From an uncultured Candidatus Peribacteria bacterium (lineage in GTDB: Bacteria > Patescibacteriota > Gracilibacteria > Peribacterales > Peribacteraceae): DNA of 41,895 nucleotides. The notes beneath the pieces were generated by a model. The model was given only the letters and a program-made list of their open reading frames with translations. It searched no databases and had not been told where the DNA came from. Each line of letters opens with the position of its first letter. Position 1 is the stretch's first letter. Of this stretch, positions 36,776-41,895 are shown in pieces. The stretch covers positions 1-41,895 of the forward strand of contig CAYSVN010000002.1 of the NCBI GenBank assembly GCA_964434585.1. Reading direction: 5' to 3'. Both the position numbers and the translations under genes were made by a program.

Positions 36776-37471
36776 ATGGATCAATCCTCTCGTGTCGAAT
36801 CTGTGCGCTCGCTTACGGCTACAGATCGCCAACATTTTATTGCGAAAACTTATACACATTTAGCACTAGCTTTAACTGCTTTTGTGGCTTTAGAAGCTCT
36901 TTTATTACGCATTCCAGGCGTGCGTGATTTTGCAAGTACTATGACATCTGGTCGTTGGAGTTGGTTGATTGTCCTTGGTGTCTTTATGTTTGTTTCTAAT
37001 ATGGCTCATCGTTGGGCGCAATCTAGTACTAGTATCCCTATGCAATATGGTGGATTAGCACTTTATGTTGTTGCGCAAGCAATTATCTTTTTACCATTGC
37101 TGTTATTTGCTGGCTCGTACCATCCAGATGTTATTGTTACCGCTGGCTTAACAACCTTAGGTTTGTTCTTAGGTCTTTCTGTAGTTGTTCATACTACTAA
37201 ATTTAATGCTTCTGGTATGGGTGGTATATTAACTGCAATTAGCTTAGGTGCATTTGCGCTTATTATTCTTTCGATTGTTTTTACGTTTTCGCTTGGTATT
37301 CTATTTACTGTAGCAATGATTACCTTAGCTTGTGCATACATTGTGTACGACACAAGTAACGTTATTCACCGTTATAACACCAATCAGTACGTTGCGGCCT
37401 CACTTTCTTTGTTTGCATCGGTTGCGTTACTGCTATGGTATGTGGTACAGTTTGCGCTCTCACGAGAGTAA
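36776..37471 (+). CDS. BAX inhibitor-1 / YccA-family membrane protein
   Basis: 7 TM helices. N-terminal FIAKTYTHLALAL and C-terminal YIVYDTSNVIHRY are family-typical. Confidence 0.8.
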   Translation: MDQSSRVESVRSLTATDRQHFIAKTYTHLALALTAFVALEALLLRIPGVRDFASTMTSGRWSWLIVLGVFMFVSNMAHRWAQSSTSIPMQYGGLALYVVAQAIIFLPLLLFAGSYHPDVIVTAGLTTLGLFLGLSVVVHTTKFNASGMGGILTAISLGAFALIILSIVFTFSLGILFTVAMITLACAYIVYDTSNVIHRYNTNQYVAASLSLFASVALLLWYVVQFALSRE

Positions 37472-37504
37472 ATCGTGAATTAATTCGTATTTTCCTTCCT
37501 TGTT

Positions 37505-37684
37505 ATGGCTAAGAAACCTACTCCTAAAAGTCGACGCGCTAAATCTAAAGGCCGAAATCAGTACGCTGTGTACGTTAAAAAACAAATTAAACGTCTTACA
37601 GGCCGCATGAACAGCCCATACGCAGCAGTAGCTCCACCAAAGAACGAAGGTAAGAGTAAAGGTGTTACAAAGATTAAAGCGTAG
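37505..37684 (+). CDS. 59-aa highly basic protein (not in ORF track); possible ribosomal-type small protein
   Basis: MAKKPTPKSRRAKSKGRNQYAVYVKKQIKRLTGRMNSPYAAVAPPKNEGKSKGVTKIKA. The N-terminus is loosely bL32-like. It replaces the implausible antisense ORF at 37460-37765. Confidence 0.35.
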   Translation: MAKKPTPKSRRAKSKGRNQYAVYVKKQIKRLTGRMNSPYAAVAPPKNEGKSKGVTKIKA

Positions 37685-37785
37685 AGGTTTTATTACTTGA
37701 TAATCATAAAGTGTATCGTAGTCCGTTTCTGGAATATGGTATACTTTTTTGTAAAAACTGCCCACCTAAGCTGGTGGTAGTCTAT

Positions 37786-38100
37786 TTATATTATATGTAT
37801 CAGCATAGGACTATCGATTGCCACAGCTGTTACTAAGCTTAATAGTGTCCCCATCATACTAAGTAGTACTATTAATACTAGTCGCCAATTTTGCTTATAT
37901 GCTTGTATAAGTACAATAATAATAGAACATAACCACCATATTATCATCACTAATATAACAGCCATTAATATTGGCACTATCGTACTAGAAAAATACTGAG
38001 GCGTCTTCAATTGCAATGAGTGTAATAATGCTAAGCTAACTGTTGCTACAGCTAACAGTATTGCTAGTAGTAACCATAGCTCTAACTTTCTATTTTTCAC
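37786..38100 (-). CDS. Small 3-TM membrane protein
   Basis: 104 aa. The GTG start overlaps the upstream stop (TAGTG). Confidence 0.5.
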   Translation of the reverse strand: MKNRKLELWLLLAILLAVATVSLALLHSLQLKTPQYFSSTIVPILMAVILVMIIWWLCSIIIVLIQAYKQNWRLVLIVLLSMMGTLLSLVTAVAIDSPMLIHII

Positions 38101-40043
38101 TAACGTAAGTCAATAACGTAGATACGCTTGCTGTCTAGTAGGTATACACGGGATTCATTAGGAGTTACATATATATCAACTAAGTCTCCTAGCAAGTCTC
38201 CTTCTAGAATATATTGTCTTTGATAAACAGCCTTGCCGGTTTCGTTATCAGTAATAACAATAACCGCTCTACGATCTGGACTTAAAACATAAAGGTTTCC
38301 ATCAACAATTTTAACAATCTTTGTTGCGCCTTCTAGTACTCCAGCTGGTAAGCCGCTCAGGTCTAGTTCTTGTACTTCACCACGAAGCAGCTTGGTAATC
38401 TTCCCGTCTTCGTGCAAGGTGTACACACTACCGTCAATGGTCATATCTACAGCGTCTTCTAGTGCGCCATTTACGTTATATTCACTTGGTGCACCGTAAC
38501 GGTCGTTTAAGCGTTCGTATTTGTAAATTTGGTTAGCCTGAGGGCTTAGTACATAAAGAAAACGATTATACGTTGCTAGGTCAATTCCTGCTTTCCAGCC
38601 ACTGGCGTCATCTGTCTTCATGTTTGTTGGAATACCTTCAATAATTTCTATAATACTATCATCAGCGGTGTGGAATACCTTTGTGTTAAAGCGTTCAAAA
38701 TAAATACCACTACTAATAAGGTCATCACGTGAAACACGGTCGCCAGCGCCAACAACATTAAAGTTAACGTTGTAGATGTCTTGTCTATCAAAAACGGTAA
38801 ATTCTCCATCTTCTATTCCAATCATTCCTTGAGCCTTAATGTCTGGGGTTTCGGCTGCTAAATTAGCGATTTTATTTGCAGGAACTCTAAAGACGTTATT
38901 AATTTGCTCGCGCATGCTATCAACGCTCTCTAGTAAATTTAATGCTTCACTACGGTATAAACCTCGTTCATTTTCTAGTATGGCTTTTGCGTCTTGTTCG
39001 GCGCCTTCTAAAATGGCATTTGCACCTTCACGGTCATTGGCTAAATTTCTAGTTTCAGCAATGGTAATTTTATTATTAGCCTCTTCTACTAATGCTTGTA
39101 ATTCACCTCTGCCTTTACTAACTACCAATGAAGAATATAAAAATGTTATAAACCATAATGCAATAAATAGGCCAATAATACTGGCAATAAGCAACAAGTG
39201 TGCCCTGCGCTTACGGTCAGGATGGTGTAAGTCGCTTAGTAATGTAGAAAACCAAGCAGTATTAATGTTGGGCATTTTTGCACCAATATTCTTTGGTAGT
39301 TTTATTGTAGTTGCTTTGTCCTTAATTGTACTGAGCATTCCACTGGCTACCGTTGCTACACCACTTGTTTTTTTTGACATGCTTGGTAGTGAACTGCTTT
39401 TTGTTGTAGTTTGTGGAGCAATAGCCTCATGACTAATACCGTCTTTTACAACAAACACACCAATAGCTGCAGCTTCATTTTCTTGCTCTAGCAATGTGGT
39501 AATAGTGGTAATAATTTCTTCTGCATTATTGCCCATGTTACTTAATTGCGCTGGTGTTGTTACACGTAGTAAGCGCTCGGTACTACAAATAATAATATCG
39601 TGCTGTTGTAATTCTCCGCTAGCAATGTGAACAAAATTTACACTGGCGCCACGAGTATATTCTGTAATTTGATTCGCTTGGTTATCGCGAATAATATAGG
39701 CTTCTGCCTGTCCAATGTGTGATGCAGAAAAAGTGTTATCTCCATCAAGGTGTCCTAAGAATGCTTGAATGTTTAATGATGTATCGCGTTGCGTGTAAGA
39801 ATCTAAAATATCGTTTGCTGCCTTTAGGCATTCATCAAAGCCGGTTTGGTTTTGAGGGTTCTTAATAATGTGTTGATCAATTACTCCGACTAGGTCTTCT
39901 TTTAATGTGTACATTTCTGGCTCATCGCTGTTTATTTGTAGTAGTAATACTACCGTTTCTCCACTAGGTGCCGTTAGTGTTTCGTGGAATATTGTTCCTA
40001 AAAAAGCAGAGTTTGTTTGCTTGGTTGTAATATCAAGATTCAT
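38100..40043 (-). CDS. Bitopic membrane protein: degenerate PP2C/SpoIIE-like N-domain, TM, coiled coil, beta-rich C-terminal domain
   Basis: ASHIGQAEAYIIRDNQANQITEY and GELQQHDIIICSTERLL resemble PP2C strands. The central TM is LLLIASIIGLFIALWFITFLY. The function call is weak. Confidence 0.35.
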   Translation of the reverse strand: MNLDITTKQTNSAFLGTIFHETLTAPSGETVVLLLQINSDEPEMYTLKEDLVGVIDQHIIKNPQNQTGFDECLKAANDILDSYTQRDTSLNIQAFLGHLDGDNTFSASHIGQAEAYIIRDNQANQITEYTRGASVNFVHIASGELQQHDIIICSTERLLRVTTPAQLSNMGNNAEEIITTITTLLEQENEAAAIGVFVVKDGISHEAIAPQTTTKSSSLPSMSKKTSGVATVASGMLSTIKDKATTIKLPKNIGAKMPNINTAWFSTLLSDLHHPDRKRRAHLLLIASIIGLFIALWFITFLYSSLVVSKGRGELQALVEEANNKITIAETRNLANDREGANAILEGAEQDAKAILENERGLYRSEALNLLESVDSMREQINNVFRVPANKIANLAAETPDIKAQGMIGIEDGEFTVFDRQDIYNVNFNVVGAGDRVSRDDLISSGIYFERFNTKVFHTADDSIIEIIEGIPTNMKTDDASGWKAGIDLATYNRFLYVLSPQANQIYKYERLNDRYGAPSEYNVNGALEDAVDMTIDGSVYTLHEDGKITKLLRGEVQELDLSGLPAGVLEGATKIVKIVDGNLYVLSPDRRAVIVITDNETGKAVYQRQYILEGDLLGDLVDIYVTPNESRVYLLDSKRIYVIDLR

Positions 40044-40657
40044 AGTGGAAGAATTGTACGGTTTTCAATGCTTTATCACAAGTGTAAAGATGTGTGTAAG
40101 CTGATCTACTGGCCACGCACAAAAAGACTCTACGTACATAGAATCTTATTTGTGTTGATGTTCACTCCTTGGATCTTGTAGGCAACTAATTTAGAGTACA
40201 AGTGGAGGATTTTGAAGAGAGGCTTCTTCAGCTCTAAGCCATATTCCGGATCATTATTTCTCCTGGTGACCGACCAAGTTCCCGTACCAGGTTTAAACGA
40301 TTATCAGATAAAAGTATATTCCATGGGAAGAAAGGGGATTACGCTTGTAATACAGAACCTCGGTATTATAGAACGAATTTATACAGCTAAGAGAATGCTA
40401 ACCACATTTCGGTGGGTAATATTCTCTTTACTATTCGGTGTTTTAAATGATCTTCCTTCGGCTACGCTCAGGATGACACACTGGATCTCCTTTTGCGTAT
40501 TCGCTTTTTTACTACAAGCGAATTATATTATTTTACGCCTAGTATTGCTGTTTAGCAACTAGCTAGTATTGCATGTTTTTAAAGATGTGTTGGTTGGAAA
40601 ATCATAATGGTTTTTTTGTTTATTCTATGCGAACTTTGTGAATACTTTTTTTCAGTT

Positions 40658-40716
40658 TTCAGGATATTAGGATACAGGATCTAGTCCTTGCTAAGTCCTA
40701 ACTCCTTTATCCTGAA
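40658..40716. repeat. TAGGAT-type imperfect palindrome downstream of the YceI gene
   Basis: ttcaggatattaggatacaggatctag - tccttg - ctaagtcctaactcctttatcctgaa. Same unit composition as 27801-27878. Confidence 0.65.
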
Positions 40717-40722
40717 CACTGT

Positions 40723-41343
40723 TTATTCCCATACTAATTTTATTTCTACTGGAACATTGGCATCAACTGACTTAATACCTTCGGCAGGTCCACCGACACC
40801 AAACATAGTACGGTCTAGATTATAACTTGTTGTAAAATATTGATTATTTAATGTTCCGTTTAGTGTAATATTTTTAGTGATGCCTTTAATACTTAAATCG
40901 CCTTCTACTGTTGCATTTTCATCATCTATGGTAATACTTGTAGAAGTAAATGTTGCCTCTGGAAATGCTGCTGCATCAAAGTAATCATCTGCCTTTAGGT
41001 GGTTTGTTAAACCTTCGCTATCGGTAACCATACTATCAATATTAATGGTTAGTATAAGTGTGTTTTCTTCTTTATTCCAGATTCCACTAAAGTTTTCAAA
41101 CTTACCTTCGTGCGAAGTTATGTTTCCTTTTGCTCCTACAAAGGCAATTAAGCTTTCAGAAACGTTTACACTAAATTCGCTTTGAAGCTCTTCTGTATCT
41201 TGCTGTTCTAGAATGTTATCGCTTGCGTTTCTTTCTGCGGCAGGTACTGGCGCAGGCAAGACTCGGTCCGCTTCCTCTACAACACTTGTAGAGCAGGCAG
41301 TTAATAAACAAAGGCTGGTGATGATAACAGATCGTCGTAACAT
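40723..41343 (-). CDS. YceI-family lipoprotein
   Basis: The lipobox LLTAC follows MLRRSVIITSLC. YceI-like HEGKFENFSG...ATFTSTSI....ATVEGDLSIKGITK. The longer track ORF would run into tRNA-Tyr. Confidence 0.78.
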   Translation of the reverse strand: MLRRSVIITSLCLLTACSTSVVEEADRVLPAPVPAAERNASDNILEQQDTEELQSEFSVNVSESLIAFVGAKGNITSHEGKFENFSGIWNKEENTLILTINIDSMVTDSEGLTNHLKADDYFDAAAFPEATFTSTSITIDDENATVEGDLSIKGITKNITLNGTLNNQYFTTSYNLDRTMFGVGGPAEGIKSVDANVPVEIKLVWE

Positions 41344-41453
41344 AATACTTTTACTATAAAGCGTTGATACTTTTTTTACAATTGCTCTTGAGCTTTTATG
41401 TGCAATAGTTACAATAGTGCCCACTGCTAAATAGTAGTAACGCTTTATACCGT

Positions 41454-41538
41454 GGGTCGGTAGCGAAGTGGTCAAACGCACCTGACTGTAAATCAGGCAT
41501 CTTAGATTTCAGAGGTTCGACTCCTCTCCGGCCCACCA
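41454..41538 (+). tRNA. tRNA-Tyr (anticodon GTA), CCA encoded
   Basis: GGGUCGG acceptor, anticodon arm CCUGA-CUGUAAA-UCAGG, long variable arm, T arm AGAGG-UUCGACU-CCUCU, then CCGGCCC-A-CCA. Confidence 0.92.
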
Positions 41539-41546
41539 TCATTTTC

Positions 41547-41575
41547 TTGGCTTATTTAAGCCAACGAAAATTTTG
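41547..41575 (+). terminator. Hairpin after tRNA-Tyr
   Basis: TTGGCTT-attt-AAGCCAA, followed by cgaaaaTTTT. Confidence 0.4.
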
Positions 41576-41649
41576 ATATACTTTGAAAAAAGATAAAAAT
41601 GTCTTTAATAAGCTAAAAAATGGTGTTCGACTCCTTCTGGGTGTGAATA

Positions 41650-41681
41650 TTGACAATACTATAATATAATGTTATATTATA
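41650..41681 (+). promoter_or_regulatory. Candidate promoter overlapped by a perfect 10-bp-arm palindrome (operator-like)
   Basis: TTGACA (41650-41655), a 17-nt spacer, then TATATT (41673-41678). TATAATATAA-tg-TTATATTATA spans 41660-41681. Confidence 0.45.
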
Positions 41682-41721
41682 TTTGTCAGTCTCCAGTTTT
41701 AACACGAAAAGGACCTTTGAG

Positions 41722-41895
41722 ATGAAAGTTATCAAGCCTGGCAAGGGAAATGCATTGCCGACGACACAGTTTAAATGCACGAACAGTGGCTGTGAAGCGG
41801 TTATCGAGTGCACAACAGCTGAATGCACTCATAAGCCTGACTCTCGGGATGGTGATTATTACGAAGCTAAGTGTCCAGAGTGTGCAACGGTGAAT
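41722..41895 (+). CDS. Partial CDS (3' end beyond window), zinc-ribbon-like small protein
   Basis: MKVIKPGKGNALPTTQFKCTNSGCEAVIECTTAECTHKPDSRDGDYYEAKCPECATVN... is open to the window edge. It looks more G+C-rich than its neighbours. Confidence 0.5.
   Translation, partial: MKVIKPGKGNALPTTQFKCTNSGCEAVIECTTAECTHKPDSRDGDYYEAKCPECATVN

Noticed and set aside
37460-37765. 101-aa minus-strand ORF
   Set aside because: It overlaps the end of the YccA-like gene and is antisense to a compact basic-protein ORF that makes more sense. Its composition is odd (Cys/Trp/Phe-rich, non-globular).
40212-40562. 116-aa ORF (TTG start) in the ORF track
   Set aside because: It has low-plausibility composition, no start context, overlaps hairpins and the shared 19-nt box, and there is no neighbouring gene on that strand.
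40044-40657. RNase P RNA or another known RNA in the 40-kb gene-free region. ACAGAACCUCGGUAUUAU on the + strand resembles ACAGAACCCGGCUUAUC. On the - strand, GGAAGAUCAU and AUGGCUUA could form a P4-like helix.
   Set aside because: On the + strand the putative P4 partners are only about 80 nt apart. On the - strand no P1 partner exists for the 3' end, and other conserved regions are missing. No tmRNA, SRP or group II hallmarks were seen.
41613-41828. 71-aa minus-strand ORF at the window end
   Set aside because: It spans the candidate promoter/operator and is antisense to the better-formed plus-strand zinc-ribbon ORF.
1-41895. UGA reassignment (code 4 or 25), and CRISPR arrays, rRNA or prophage blocks
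   Set aside because: No in-frame TGA interrupts any conserved gene. No direct-repeat/spacer array, rRNA signature or phage structural gene was seen anywhere in the window.

Overview
AT-rich bacterial chromosomal window with about 50 protein genes, 2 tRNAs and no rRNA or CRISPR. It is compact, with many overlapping or closely spaced start/stop codons, almost exclusively TAA/TAG stops and weak Shine-Dalgarno signals. The gene content (T4SS-pilin-type genes, a membrane-anchor-less VirD4/TraG-like ATPase, SLH and sortase envelope genes, many orphan membrane proteins) suggests a CPR/Patescibacteria-like or similarly reduced lineage; that is inference only.

Recognisable genes: fusA (EF-G), zupT, a HlyD-type adaptor, a MacB/FtsX-type permease, an HxlR regulator, a PNPOx-like protein, DUF2200, a SemiSWEET-like protein, a BAX-inhibitor/YccA-like protein, a YceI lipoprotein, an Excalibur-domain protein, a four-helix-bundle (23S IVS-type) protein, a RAYT-type (REP-associated) HUH/Y1 transposase, tRNA-Ser(GGA) and tRNA-Tyr(GTA).

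The most unusual content is a tandem array of at least four (the first cut by the window edge) plus one distal paralogous ~560-aa cytoplasmic, cysteine-packed proteins. Their N- and C-terminal zinc-ribbon modules look like duplicates of each other, and I cannot assign the family. Both loci sit next to T4SS-like parts: the array is directly upstream of the VirD4/TraG-like ATPase, and the distal copy abuts two genes that each encode three fused VirB2/TrbC-like pilin modules.

Other points worth a second look:
- a ~50% GC, helix-dense 0.5-kb intergenic region (candidate ncRNA);
- a family of TTAGGG/TAGGAT-type palindromic elements, one carrying the four-helix-bundle gene and two that look like miniature derivatives;
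- the RAYT gene bracketed by swapped REP pairs;
- an SLH-protein/sortase pair that looks like one gene split by a frameshift at a T5 run;
- unannotated small ORFs, including a 39-aa six-Cys peptide.
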